A DNA stretch of 64,000 nucleotides from Mobula hypostoma. Taxonomy: Eukaryota. The stretch lies in NCBI RefSeq assembly GCF_963921235.1, contig NC_086108.1:108812001-108876000 (forward strand). Reading direction: 5' to 3'. Shown here piece after piece: positions 25,196 through 37,762 of the stretch (position 1 is the stretch's first letter; the number at the start of each line of letters is the position of its first letter). The notes below the pieces were generated by a model, which was given only the letters and a program-made list of their open reading frames with translations, made no database searches and was not told the DNA's origin. The translations under genes and the position numbers were made by a program.

Positions 25196-25469
25196 TGTAT
25201 ACGCACTAGGTCTGTAGCTTAGTAAGACTTTGCAATTCAAGTGTTTGTCTTGATAATGCAATAAGAGTGCCTACTTTAACCATCTTCACAGGCATTGGGC
25301 ACCGGGTCCAGCCTCCCTCTCTGTGAAGAATACTTTCTCAGCTTCCTTCGAATCTCTGAGCAGCTTTGAGGCAGCGGTGAGTGGATTAATGAAAAGGTTG
25401 AAAGCTCACTGATGGGCAATGGAATGTAAAGTATTCCAGCGCGGGTTTGGGGCCGAGTGGCCTCCTGCC

Positions 25470-25880
25470 CTCCTAATCAGTATGCCTGATGTTGTAGTGT
25501 GCGAAGGAAGAGAAGTGAGTGCAGTTACTATTACCAGGGAGAAGGTGCTCAAAAAGCTGAAAGACCTAAAGGTACATAGGTCACCCAGAACAGATGAACT
25601 GCACCCTAGGGTTCTGAAAGAGGTAGCATTAGAGATTGTGGTGGCATTAAAAATGATCTTTTTAAAATCATTGGACTCTGGCATGGTGCCAGAGGACTGG
25701 GAAATTGCAAAAGTCACTCCACTCTTTAAGAAAGAAGGAAGGCAGCAGAAAGAAAATTATAGACCAGTTAGCCTGACCTCAGTGGTCGGGAAGATGTTAG
25801 AGTCAATTGTTAAGGATGAGGTGATGGAGTTCATGGTAACACAGGACAAGATAGTAAAAAGTCAGCATGGTTTCTCTAAG
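25470..25880 (+). mobile_element. CR1 ORF2 internal fragment
   Basis: SPRTDELHPRVLKE...PEDW...NYRPVSLTS...QHGF. Confidence 0.85.
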
Positions 25881-26109
25881 CTTTTCAAAAGTCTACACCA
25901 ACCAGTGAGCATTCACCTGTGTTAATCACATCTTGTAGCAATGGGGCATGACTTGGGGGATTCAAGTAATCCTTGAGATGTGTATTAAATGTTATCAGCA
26001 ACTCTGCTGCCACCACTGTTCTGGATACTCACCATCCTCTGAGTGAAGAACATCCCCCTCTGAATCTCTTACCCCTTCCCCTAAACATACTGTATTTCTT
26101 CCAGTTTTA

Positions 26110-26460
26110 TAACCATGTCCATGACCATGATTGTTCTTGGCAAATTTTTCTACAGAAGTGGTTTGCCATTGCCTTCTTCTGGGCAGTGTCTTTACAAGAC
26201 GGGTGACCCCAGCTATTAGCAATACTCCTCAGAGATTGTCTGCCTGGTGTTGGTGGTCGCATAACCAGGACGTGATCTGCACCAGCTGCTCGTACGACCA
26301 TCCACCACCTGCTCCCATGGCTTCACGTGGCCCTGATCGGGAATGTGGAGGATGAACCTAAGCAGATACTACACCTTGCTCAAGGGTGACCTGCAGTCTA
26401 CCGGAGGGAAGGAGTGCCTTACAACCCCTCTGACAGAGACGTATCTCCACACGACTACCC
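26110..26460 (-). mobile_element. RTE-related non-autonomous/SINE-like element
   Basis: Reverse-complement copy of 17515-17895. Confidence 0.7.
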
Positions 26461-28554
26461 TATCTATACCTCTCACAAGAGATTCTGCAGATTCTGGAAA
26501 TTTTGAGCAAATTCTACAGATGCACAGTAGAGAGAACTGGTAACTGCACTGCGGTGGAGAGGAAGGCTCTACAATGGGTAGTCAAAACCGCTCAAAGTAT
26601 CGCTGACATCAGACTACCTGTCATCAATGACATATATTGCAGAAAGTTGCTGGAAAAGGGCCAATAACATTAAGAAGGATCTCTCACAGCAAATCTGTGC
26701 TCGCAAACGCTGGGGAAATAACTGAGAACATCCAACTATCTAAGTATATTAGAAAATAGTGGGACACTCCACAGGTCAGGCAGCATCTGTGGAAAGAATG
26801 GTTAGAATGACAACGCATCACTGGCACCAACCTACCCACTGTCACAGGCACATATACAGAAAGACACTGGAAGAGGATCAGTAACATCATGAAGGATCCC
26901 ACCTAGCCTACTCACAGACTGCTTGTCACACTCAGAGTCAGAATCAGGTTTAATATCACCAGCATACATTGTGAAATTTACTGTCTTTGAGGCAGCAGTA
27001 CAATACAGTACACGATAATAGAAAAAAATGTGTTCAATGTCCATTGAGATATCAGAGGGCAGAAGGAAAAAAGCTGTTCCTGAATCACTGACGGTGTGCT
27101 TTCAGCCTTCTGTACTGATGATAACAATGAGAAGAGGGCATGTCCTGGGTGATGGGGTCCTTAAAGTAGATGCTGCCTTTTTCCATCAGAGGCTACGCAG
27201 CATCCATGCCAGGGCCACCAGACACAACAACAGTCACTTTCCCCAAGAAGTAAGGCTGATCACTCCTCCACCCACTAACCCACCCCTCCACACGGCCAAC
27301 CACCACTCCTGTCAGAGTCACCTTATGTCCAGACACTGCTGTGCCGAGCGTCACTTTATGGAAATACAATCAATCAATGTATATAAGCTATCTTATGTAC
27401 AGTATTATATTTATATTTGTTTAAATTATTGTGTTCTATTGTGATCCAAGGCAACAATTATTTTCTTCTTTACACTTGTGTACTGGAAATGATATTAAGC
27501 ATTAAACAATCTTAAGCACCACACACAAAATGCTAGAAGAACTCAGCAGGTCAGGCAGCATCTATGGAAAAGAGTAAACAGTTGATGTTTCGGGCTGAGA
27601 CCCTTCATCGGGACATTACAAAATCTTCATATTTTCCTCTACCTCAGGGCCTCAAATACCAGCAGACTATCCACACAAAAAATTCGGCTGACCAAAATAC
27701 AAACATCCTGCCCTCTGCAACTTTCAATGACAGCTCTAGAATCCCTCTGTGTGAGCTGGAAATTTATTTTTGTGTTTATATTTGGCTCTACGGTAAGGGG
27801 TTTTATTAAATGTAGGTCACCTTTACATGTACATATAGTAACTTTGGTATACAGGTCTGAATGTCTGATTTATATTTTCCTCACAAACACCTGGGCATCA
27901 ATATTTCTACACCTGACTCTTTTAAAATGTTATAACATTTCCATAGTCATTTGATGTTCAATAAGGCAATAGTGAGATGCTAATGGAATTTGATAATGAC
28001 ATTGCAATTTTAGATACCTCTCTGTGATGTTTCCCAAAATACTAAGTAAATGTCAGGTGAGCAAGCCAGAAGATCTGGAACGAGGCTGACCCAATTTTAA
28101 TGTCACCCAAGAGCGTTTACCAAAATCCCTCGGGGACAATGCCCAGAGACAACCTGTGTAATTTGGAACTGTGAACTCTGTTTTTTTTTTCCCCTGCAGA
28201 GATGAACCTCTCTTTAATAGATGAGAGAGTGTCAACGTTTAACTTTGGCAGTGTCTTTTGTAAGAAGGTTGCAGAGAGCCTTTAAGGAGATAGAAATGAA
28301 TAGGGAATGGTGTGGCAAATGGAATTTTGGTTGGGGAGGGGAATGTGAAATCATTAAAAGAAAAGAAAGATGGTGTAATACAGTGAACTTGTTGAAGAGG
28401 AATCTAAATGCCCTTCAAAGAATATGTTTAAAGCTAAAGCTAAAAGATGAAGGATCTCAGCCAGAGACATCGACACTTTATTCATCTCCACATTGTGTGT
28501 GTGTGTTGCTCTGAATTTCCAGCATCTGCAGAATCCCTTCTGGTTGGAGTAATA

Positions 28555-29180
28555 AAATCATAGAAATTACACCACATAAACAGGCCATTCAGCTCATACA
28601 GTCCATGTCGAGCCACTTAAACTACCTATTCCTATCGGCCTGCACCCAGACCATAGACTTCCGTTCCCCAACCATCCAATTGCCTATCCAAACTTCTCTT
28701 AAGTGTTGAAATCAAACTCGCATGCACCACTTGTGCTGGCGGCTCGTTCCACACTCTCATAATCCTCTGAGTGAAGAAGCTTCCTCTTATGTTCCCCTTA
28801 AATATTTAGCCTTTCACCCTTAACCCATGGCCTCTAGATGTAGTGCCACCCAACGTCAGTGGAAAAAGCCTATACTCTATACTCCTCATAATTTTGTAAA
28901 CCTATATCAAATCGCCTCACAATCTTCTATATTCCAAGAACTGAATTTCTAACCTATACAATCTTCCTATATGTCAGGTTCTCCACACCTGGCAACATCA
29001 TTATAAATTTTCTATGTAATCTTTCAACTTTATTTACAACTTTCCTGTAGGTAGGTGACCAAAACTGCACACAATACTCCAAAGTGGACCTCACCAATGT
29101 CTCATACAACTTCAGCATAATATCCCATCTACTGTACTCAATACTTTGAATGACAATGTGCAGAAAGCTTTCTTTACACG
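28555..29180 (-). mobile_element. Degenerate CR1 3' fragment
   Basis: LVRSTLEYCVQFWSPTYRK, followed by the 3' UTR. Confidence 0.8.
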
Positions 29181-29191
29181 AGAACATGTGG

Positions 29192-30645
29192 TGGCATCCG
29201 CTAGCCTTGCGAGACCATGGATCTGCGCCTGGAAAGTTTTGCTTCAGTCTGTGTTAGAGCAGCGTCTGTTGTGGTGTAGAGGCCCACACGGGAGTGACAG
29301 ACTCAGCTGCAGCGACTGCACTTGAACGCACTGTCCTCCAGTGTTGTCTTGGTGCTGTTTTTCTGATGAATGCGCTTTTCTTCAGCAGCAAGCCTCAGCT
29401 TCTCTTCTCCTCTTTTTACACCTCTGCGTAGTTCCAGCCTCCAGTGAGAGCGATCGCTTGCAATATCCTCCCACCTCTCGACGTTCATTTTCAGTGACTT
29501 CATGTCTCTCTTGCAAAAGTCTTTGAAACGAAGATGGGGCCGCCCTTGTGCTCTCTTGCCAGAGGCCAGTTCCCTGTACAGCAGGTCTTTCGGGATCCTC
29601 CCATCTGACATGCGGTGTATGTGGCCCAGCCAGCGGAGACGGCCTTGTTGGAGTAGGATGAAGAGGCTGGGTATCTGGGCGCGGGCCAGGACCTCATTGT
29701 TTGTGTCTCAGTCAGTCCACATGATGTACAGGATGCGTCTCAGGCTGCGAAGGTGGAAGGCGTTGAGACGCCACTCTTGTCTGGAGTAGAGGCTCCAGGT
29801 CTGGCTGCCGTAAAGCAGTGTGCTGAGGACACAGGCCCTGTAAACTGCAACTTTGGTGTGCGTCGTCAGCTTTCTGTTCTCCCAGACTCTCTTTGTCAGC
29901 CTGGCGAATGTTGAGGCTGCTCGTCCGATCCGTCTGTTGATCTCGGGGTCTAGGGAGAGGCTGTCCGTGATGGTGGAGCCAAGGTTTGTAAACTCGTGAA
30001 CTACCTCCAGCTCATAGTTGTTGATGGTAATAGCAGGGGGGTGCTCAACGCCTTGGCCCAACACGTTGGTCTTCTTCAGGCTGATGGTCAAGCTGAAGTC
30101 CTGACAGGCTCTTGAGAAGCTGTCCATGAGGCGTTGCAGTTGCTCTTCAGAGTGTGTTGCCAGTGCCACGTCATCTGCAAACAACATGTCCCTGATGAGT
30201 ACTTCATGAACCTTGGTTTCTGCCCTCAGCCAGGACAGAGTGAACAGCCTCCCGTCCTATCTGGTGTGAAGGTAGACACCATCAGTTGATGTTCCAAAGG
30301 CGTGCTTCAGCATGACTGTGAAGAAGATGCTGAACAGGGTTGGGGCAAGCACACAGCCCTGCCTCACACCGCTGCGGATATTGAAGGCCTCCGAAGAAGA
30401 ACCGTCGAACTGAACGACGCCCTTCATGTCTGTGTGGAATGACTGAACTATCCTGAGGAGCCTCGGGGGACAACCAATCTTGGCGAGGATTTTGAACAGG
30501 CCATCTCTGCTCACAAGATCGAAGGCCTTCGTAAGGTCAATGAAAGCGACGTAGAGTGGTTGTCTTTGCTCTCTGCATTTCTCTTGTAGCTGTCGAAGGG
30601 AGAAGATCATGTCGATTGTGGAGTGTTCTGACCTGAAACTGCACT
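29192..30645 (-). mobile_element. RTE LINE, 5'-truncated RT region with stops/frameshifts
   Basis: STIDMIFSLRQLQEKCREQ, FIDLTKAFD, GVRQGCVLAPTLF, LFADD, LLYGSQTW, GRIPKDLLY and a C-terminal C-x2-C. Confidence 0.92.
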
Positions 30646-31711
30646 GAAACATATGAATATAACATATTGGAGCATAATAAAGACATTTGGCCTATCAAGT
30701 CTACTCTGCCATTTCATCATGGCTGATCCATTTTTCCTCCCAACTCCAATCTCCTGCCTTCTTCCTGCATCCCTTCATGCCCTGACCAGTCAAGAATCTA
30801 TCAACCTCTGCATTAAATATACATAATGACTTGTTCTCCATAGCTGTCTATGACAACAAATTCCACAGATTTACTTCTCTCTGGTACAGAAATTCCTCTT
30901 CATCTCCGTTCTAAAAGAAACTCTTCTATTCCGAGACTGTGTCCTCTGGTCTTAGACTCTCCCACCACAGGAAATATCCTCTCCACATCCAGAGCCAGAG
31001 CCATCAAAGGATCTTCATATGCCAAGCTGTTTAATCCTGGTATCATTTTCATGAACTTCCTTGGAACCCTCTCCAGTTTCAGCACATCCATTCTAAGATA
31101 AAATTTTAGGGAGAATTCAATTACATTATGATCACTATGTTCTATTACCTGAAGCTCTCTAATCAAACCCGGTTCATTGCACAACACCCAATCCAGAATA
31201 GCAGATCCTCCAGTGGGCTCAACTACGAGCTCCTCTATGATTATTGTAACATTTCCCTTTTGGCATCCGTACTACTGTTTGGGGGTCTGTATATAACTCC
31301 CATCAGGGTCTTTTAACCCTTGCAGTTCGTTAGCTCTATCCACAATGTTTCAACATCTTCTGACTCCATGTCACCTTTCTAATGATTTAATTTCATATTT
31401 TACCAACAGAGTCACACCACCCACCTCTGCCTTCCTGCCTGTCCTTTCGATACAATATGTATTCTTAGACATTAAACTCCCAGCCATGATTCACTAATGC
31501 TGACAACATCATGCTTGCCAATCTGCAACTGCGTTACAAGTTCATCAACCTCATTCCATATTCTGTGCACATTCAAATATATCACCTTTAGTCCTGTGTT
31601 CACCCTTTTAGATTTTATCCGCCTTTTACATTGTAACTCATCCTGTTGCCTGCAATTTTGCCCTATCAACAGCCTCTCCTTGCTTGGAGTCTCAGTACAC
31701 ATTGCCTCTGT

Positions 31712-32126
31712 TCTTGAGACATTGAGTCGCCTGGGACTGTACTCACTGGAATTCAAAAGAATGAGAGGAAATCTTATAGAAGCATATAAATTATGAAAGG
31801 GATAGATAAGATAGAGGCAGGACAGTTGTTTCCACTGGTAGGTGAGACTAGAACTAAGGGACATAGCCTCAAGATTCGGCAGTGTAGATTTAGGACGGAG
31901 ATGAGGAGAAACGGCTTTTCTCAGAGAGTGGTGAATTTGTGGAATTCTCTGCCCAAATTTGGATAGATTTTTTGCATAGTAGGGGAATTAAGGGTTATGG
32001 AGAAAAGACATATAGGTGGAGATGAGTCCATGGCCAGATCAGCCATCATCTTATTGAATGACAGAGCAGGCTTGACGAGCCAGATGGCCAACTCCTGCTC
32101 CTATTTCTTAGGTTCTTATGTTCTTA
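31712..32126 (+). mobile_element. CR1 3' fragment nested in the older CR1
   Basis: LSRLGLYSLEFKRMRG; (TTCTTATG)n tail. Confidence 0.85.
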
Positions 32127-32155
32127 CGTAAACCAACTACCTTATCCTCTGCACT

Positions 32156-32676
32156 CACAACATGCTGGAGGAACGCAGCAGGTCAGGCAGCATCCATGGA
32201 AACAATCAGTCAACGTTTCAGCCCGGAACCCTTCGTCAGGACTGAAGAGGAAAGGGGCAGAGGGCCTATAAAGAAGGTGGGGGGAGGGTGGGAAGGAGAA
32301 GGCTGGTAGGTACCAGGTGAAAAACCAGTACGGGGAAAGATAAAGGGGTGGGGGAGGGGAGGCAGGGAGGTGATAGGCAGGAAAGGTGAAGAAGGAATAG
32401 GGGAAAACACAACGGGTAGTAGAAGGAGGCGGAACCATGAGGGAGGTGATAGGCAGCTGGGGGAGGGGGCAGAGTGAAACTGGGATGGGGGAAGGGAGGG
32501 GGTGTGAATTACTGGAAGTAATTCCCACCCCCTGCCCCTTCCCTCTTCAGTTCTGACGAAGGGTTCCGGCTTGAAATGTTGACTGATCATTTCCACGGAT
32601 GCTGTCTGACCAGCTGAGTTCCTCCAGCATGTTGTGAGTGTTGCTTTCACCCCAGCATCTACAGAGTATTTTGTGC
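32156..32676. mobile_element. ORF-less Penelope-like foldback insertion (two inverted pLTR pieces)
   Basis: 32156-32262 is inverted relative to ~32530-32640, and each arm has a hammerhead-like motif. 13-bp TSD TATCCTCTGCACT at 32143-32155 and 32677-32689. Confidence 0.85.
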
Positions 32677-34302
32677 TATCCTCTGCACTACCACTCTAGT
32701 TCCCATCCCCCTGCCAAATTAGTTTAAACCCACCCGAACAACTCTAGTCAACCTGCCCTCAAGGATATTGGACTCCCTCAGGTTCAGGTGTAACCAATCC
32801 CTTTTGTATAGGTCATACCTTCCCCAGAAGAGATCCCAGTGATTCATAAATCTAAACCCCTGCCCCATGCACCAGTTCCTCAGCCAAGCATTCATCTGCC
32901 AAGTCATCCTATTCTTTCCCTCACTGGTGTGTGGCACAGGCAGCAATCCAGAGATTACTACCCTGGAGGTCCTGTTTCTCAGCTTTCTACCTAGCTCCCT
33001 AACATCTCTCTTCAGGACCTCCTCACCTTGTCTACCTGTGTCATTGGTGCCAATATGTACCAAGACTTCTGGCTGCTCACCTTTGCCCTTGAGAATGCCA
33101 TGGACACAATCCGAGACATTCCTGATCCTGGCACCAGGGAGGTGCCTCTATCGTACCCACAGAACCTCATCTCCGTTCCTCTGACTGAAGAATCTTCTAC
33201 CAACACTGCTGTCCTCTTCACCTCTCTGCTCTCCTCAGTCACAACATCAGACTCAGTGTCAGGTACCCAGTCACTGTGGCTCCCCTCGGCAGGTTGACCC
33301 CTCAAGACTACCCACAGTTTTATACTTATTATTGAGGGGAATGGTCACATGTGTACTTAGCACTGGCTGTGCAATTCCCCTGCTTCTCCTGTCAGTCACC
33401 CAGTTACCTGTCTCCTGTAACCTAGGAGTGACTACCTCCCTGTAGCTCCTATCTATCACCTCCTCATTCTCCCGTATGTATCAAAAGTCTTTGAGCTGCA
33501 GTTCCAGTTCCTTAATACGTTCTCTCAGGAGATGCAGCTTGGTGAACCTGGTGCAGATGCGTTTATCTGGGACTTCCCAGGCTTCCCACATCCCACACAG
33601 ATTACAGAACACTGCCCCTGGAGCCATTCTCACTATCCTAAGCACGAATAGATGACAAATGAACAAATAACACAGATAGAGTAACTTTCCAGACAATCTA
33701 CCTTACTAAAGCCACTCTAAAGACTGGCATACGCCAAAACAATAGCCACTCTGCTTGCCCCTGTGCCATTTTTATTGGGCCTTTCTAATGAACCCCTCTT
33801 GCGAATTGGTCACTGCTCAACTCAGGGAAACCGTCGTGAAACTCTGCCTTTGAAATCTCGATCGTCACCCTGAATAAAAAGTAGCACCTTTCCTGGTGTG
33901 GATTGTCCAACTCAGAAAAATCTGGCTCAAATCTCTGCTTTTAAATCTTGAACATGGAGCTGACTGAAAGGCAACTCTTTTTACACAATGCCTCTTGCTG
34001 ACTGGTCGCTCCTCAACTCAGAGAAACTGCCACGGAATTCCGCCTTTGAAATCCTGATTAAAAAGTCACTTATTTCACGCAGCCCTGGTGTGGATTGTCC
34101 AACTTCCTAGATTTACAACCTGAGCTTCAGCTTTAAAGATTCCCTTTATTTGTTATCTGTGCATCAAAATATCAAAAAATGTAGGGAAATGCCTCATGTT
34201 GTGTCAATGACCAACACGGTCCGAGATGTGCTGGGGGTATCCCTCGAGTATTAGCATGCTTCTGGTGCCAGCATAGTGTGATTCAGGTCAGGTCACTGGT
34301 CT

Positions 34303-34730
34303 GAGTGCTACTGGTACCATGTAACCCAGTACTACCTGTAGCACAGTCAGGTGGTCGGCGACTAAACCGGCTACCCCACCAGGCTTGCCTGGTCAGGAGG
34401 GCGGCTAGACACCCTGCAGGATGAGAAACAAGACCTGTCAAAGGGCGGATGAACCCTCTTGTAGGGTCAGCGGCCATCTAGCAAACATGTGCCGTGAAGC
34501 GCGGAAAGGGCATCCCTTGCATCGAAGCTTGGTCTGGCCATTCACCGCAACAGAACTTCCCCCAGCCGTCTTGGACCCCACCATACCACTGGATCCTGGA
34601 GGGGATGTTGAGAGGGTGGGTCTGGACCTGTGCAACCCCCTACTCACCTAAAATCCACTCACGCACACGCTGTTCCTTTCTGAGGAGTGGGGTCAACCCC
34701 ACTAACTGACTGAAAGGAACCATCATCATC
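34303..34730 (+). mobile_element. GC-rich RTE-like non-autonomous element
   Basis: Inserted within a SINE-like sequence. It has an RTE 5'UTR-like AAACAAGACCTGTCAAAGGGCGGATGAACC and ends in (CAT)n. Confidence 0.45.
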
Positions 34731-35149
34731 CCATGGGATGGGTAGCCAGAGAGTGTGTCCACAAGTTCCTAACCCTTACCTGTACGACTTTGGAACGTTA
34801 GAGGAAATCGGATCACCTGGATGAATCCCACATGGACACAGGGAGAATGTACAAACTCCATACCTTCAGCGGTAGGTTCTGAACTTTGACCTGTGATTGC
34901 TGGCACTGTAAAGCCTTACGCTAACTGCTACACTATCGAGCCACAGTATAGCAATTTTTTAAAAATCAATGTGCAAGGATAAAAGCAACTTACCAGAATT
35001 ATACAGGATCCTATGGAGAATGCATTTAAAGTTGATCTCACAAAATGGGAAATTTTCCAATTTTGACTACAATCAAGAAAAGAGTGGTGGGTGCCAGGAA
35101 TGTACTGCCTGGGGTGGCGGGAAAGGCAGTAACAATGGAGACTTTGACG

Positions 35150-35470
35150 TTACCAAGCTTGGCAATTAACAGCAGATGCTTCATCACCAGTTGAGGTGAC
35201 ATCCTCAGTGCACAGTTGTTGGCGTTTCTCCCTGGGAGAGCTCGTGTTTATATAGGTTCATTTGCCTTAATCCTGATTGGCTAACCCTTCAGTTGACCTT
35301 TGAATTCTATTGGCTTGTATTTCTTTGGCTCTTAGGAGTTTATAGATGGTGTCTGTTTCAATAAGTTTATGGAGTTATCAGAAGAGAAGCACACTTCCAA
35401 AAATTCTTGTGACTGCTTTGTGTTTGCCTGCACCAGAACCTTTGCAGTGCCTCAGTTAAAGTCACCACCA
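35150..35470 (-). mobile_element. Penelope-like (Poseidon-type) terminal fragment
   Basis: Minus strand GCA-CTGAGGA-TGTCACC-tcaact-GGTGAT-GAAG-CATC-TGC; same family as 1-180. Confidence 0.5.
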
Positions 35471-36729
35471 TCCTAAATATTGGAGACTTCTAAGAGACGC
35501 TTAGATAGGCACGTGAATGCTAGGAAAATGGAAGGATATGGAAATTGTACAGGCAGAAGGGATTAGTTTGATTACTATTTTAATTGGTTCAGCAAAGCAT
35601 TGTGGGCTGAAGGGCCTGTCCTGTGTTCTTTCTCCTCTCACATAGAACAGTCCAGGCCAAAAGCTTTTTTATCCCAGGAAAAGGGAAGCAAAAGCCCGAG
35701 GCAGTCAGTTCAAGGTGATTCCTTTCAGTATAAGGTCAAAAGGGGGCTGTTGAGCGTAGGAGCAAACTGAAAGATCATATGAAGTTGATGTTAGAAATAC
35801 TGTGCAATTTATTAAAAAGTAGTCCAGCCAAAGCTTATCTGTCTGAGCATGAACTTGATACGTCTTTTACATTCTCCGTTGACAAGATTACCAGTAAAAC
35901 TTAAATTAAATAAGTTAAATTAAATAAGTAATGCAAGAAGCAAAAATAAAAACGGGAAAGTAGTGAGATAGTGCTCATTGTCCATTCAGAAACCTGATTG
36001 CAGAGGGGATGAAGCCGTTCCTGTGTTGTTGAGAGTGTGCCTTCGGGCTCCTGTACCTCCTCCTTGATGGCAGCAATGAGATTACAGAGTTACAGGAGAA
36101 AATGATTATCCACAGGTCTAGCAGTAAATCCAATTTTTTGTTACAATAATGGGTGTGTGCAATGACATAATTAGTGAAGTTCCTGAAACTTGTCACTTCT
36201 GCCTTTCTGGTCCCTACTTTAGTCTGTGGTTCCCCGTTACCACATTAGCACAATCCACATCTCCACTAGTTTACTAGTTATTAGCCCTCACTGTTCTATT
36301 CTTTACTCCATTCACCAGTGATTGTACAATGATATTGGAACTGGTGATAGTCTATCTCTCCATGTCTCTATCATTGTCTCACTCACTTTCTCGTGTTGCG
36401 TTTGCAATTAAGCCAAGCATCACTTTTCAAATTGTCATCGTGTTCCACATCACCCTCCTCTGCTTCACTCCTGTTTTTCTCTGTCATCTACTCCAGCCTT
36501 ATGACCCTCCAGCATCCACAAGAACGATGACAGATGCTGGAACTTAGCATATCTAGCAGCAACTGTGAGGAGAAATGAACAGTCGACATATTGGGCATAC
36601 AGTCTTCATCAGGACTGGAAAGAAAAAAATGGTGCCAAGCCACGGTTTCTGTCTAGGCCAAAGCTCAGAATTAGTTGTCTTTTGGGTTCATAAAAACGGT
36701 TTTAGGGTCAGAGAGGGGAGCTGGGGTGG

Positions 36730-37405
36730 TGGTCAGATTAGGGTTTAGAGACAGGGATGTGGGGGAGTTAGAAGTCAGATTAGGGTTTAGGGACAGGGAT
36801 ATGGGGGAGCTAGAAATCAGATTAGAGTTTAGGGACAGGGATATGGTAGATTTAGAGTTCAGGTTAGAGTTAAAACAGGGGTACGGTAGATTTAGAGGTC
36901 AGATTGGGGTTTAGAGACAGGGATGTGGGGGAGTTAGAAGTCAGATTAGGGTTTATGGACAGGGATATGGGGGAGCTAGAAATCAGATTAGGAATTAGGG
37001 ACAGGGATGTGGAAGAGTTAGAGCTCAGGTTAGGGTTTAGGGACAGGGATGTGGGGAGTTTGAGGTTAGGTTAGAGTTAAGGGACAGGGATATGGTAGAT
37101 TTAGAGGTCAGATTTGGTTTTAGGGACAGAGATGTGGGGAGTTAGAAGTCAGATTAGGAATTAGGGACAGGGATGTGGGGAGTAGAGGTCAGATTAGGAA
37201 TTAGGGATAGGGATGTGGGGAGTTAGAGGTCAAGTTATGGTTAAGGGACAGGGATATGGTAGATTTAGAGGTCAGACTTGGTTTTAGGGACAGGGATGTG
37301 GGGAGTTAGAAGACAGATTAGGAATTAGGGACAGGGATGTGGGGAGTTAGAGGTCAGGTTATGGTTAAGGGACAGGGATATGGGGGAGTTAGAGGTCAGG
37401 TCGGA
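36730..37405. repeat. ~41-42-bp G-rich minisatellite, about 16 diverged copies
   Basis: Unit TCAGATTAGGGTTTAGAGACAGGGATGTGGGGGAGTTAGAAG. Confidence 0.93.
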
Positions 37406-37472
37406 GTCTAGGCCTCCACTCCACATTCCACATTTGAAGGCCAATGACAGCAGAAAAAAAACACAAACATTA

Positions 37473-37762
37473 ACTCAGTAGTGACTTTATTAGGTACAGG
37501 AGATGCCTAATGTGGTAAACCATTTATATATGTTGTAACTCGGTTGCCTGTCTGGACACACCCCTCTGCTGACTGCCCCTGTGGCTCCTCCCACAGAGTC
37601 CTGTATAAAGGTGTACGCCTTGCCCCTTCCCCTCAGTCCGGGGGCAGACACTTACTGTGGAGGTCGTATTGTACAGCGAATAAAAGCCTTTCAGTATTTT
37701 ACCAAACCTCAGTCTTTTGGAGTAATTGAAGGTGCTTCACCTAATAAAGTGGCCACTGAGTG
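37473..37762. mobile_element. Tiny Tc1/mariner-type MITE (TIR CACTCAGTGGCCACTTTATTAGG) split by a solo LTR
   Basis: Inverted ends flanked by TA. The same TIR occurs at ~39955 and 41437-41460. Confidence 0.65.
37511..37739 (+). mobile_element. Solo LTR of an LTR retrotransposon (229 bp)
   Basis: TG...CA ends, exact 5-bp TSD CCTAA (37506-37510 and 37740-37744), internal TATAAA (~37604) and AATAAA (~37679). Confidence 0.8.

Larger units (their letters stand above)
30650..34105 (-). mobile_element. Remnant of a formerly full-length CR1 (5' UTR, ORF1 esterase, ORF2 pieces, 3' UTR), internally deleted and interrupted
   Basis: ORF1 zinc-finger/coiled coil (CNLCGMWE...LRERIKELELQL, 33481-33640). 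SGNH esterase (VHIGTND...VVISGLLP...NAWL...DWLHLN, 32719-33063). APE start (YLNVHRI...ISESW, ~31480-31600). Confidence 0.8.

Noticed and set aside
34303..34375. HDV-like ribozyme at the 5' end of the RTE-like element (GGTCAC/GTGGTC, GG, CTAA)
   Set aside because: P1-like and J4/2-like pieces exist, but no canonical P3/L3 (UCC-containing loop) with an adjacent P2 could be fitted.
36730..37405. Interstitial telomeric array
   Set aside because: TTAGGG occurs only singly within a 42-bp unit, never as (TTAGGG)n.
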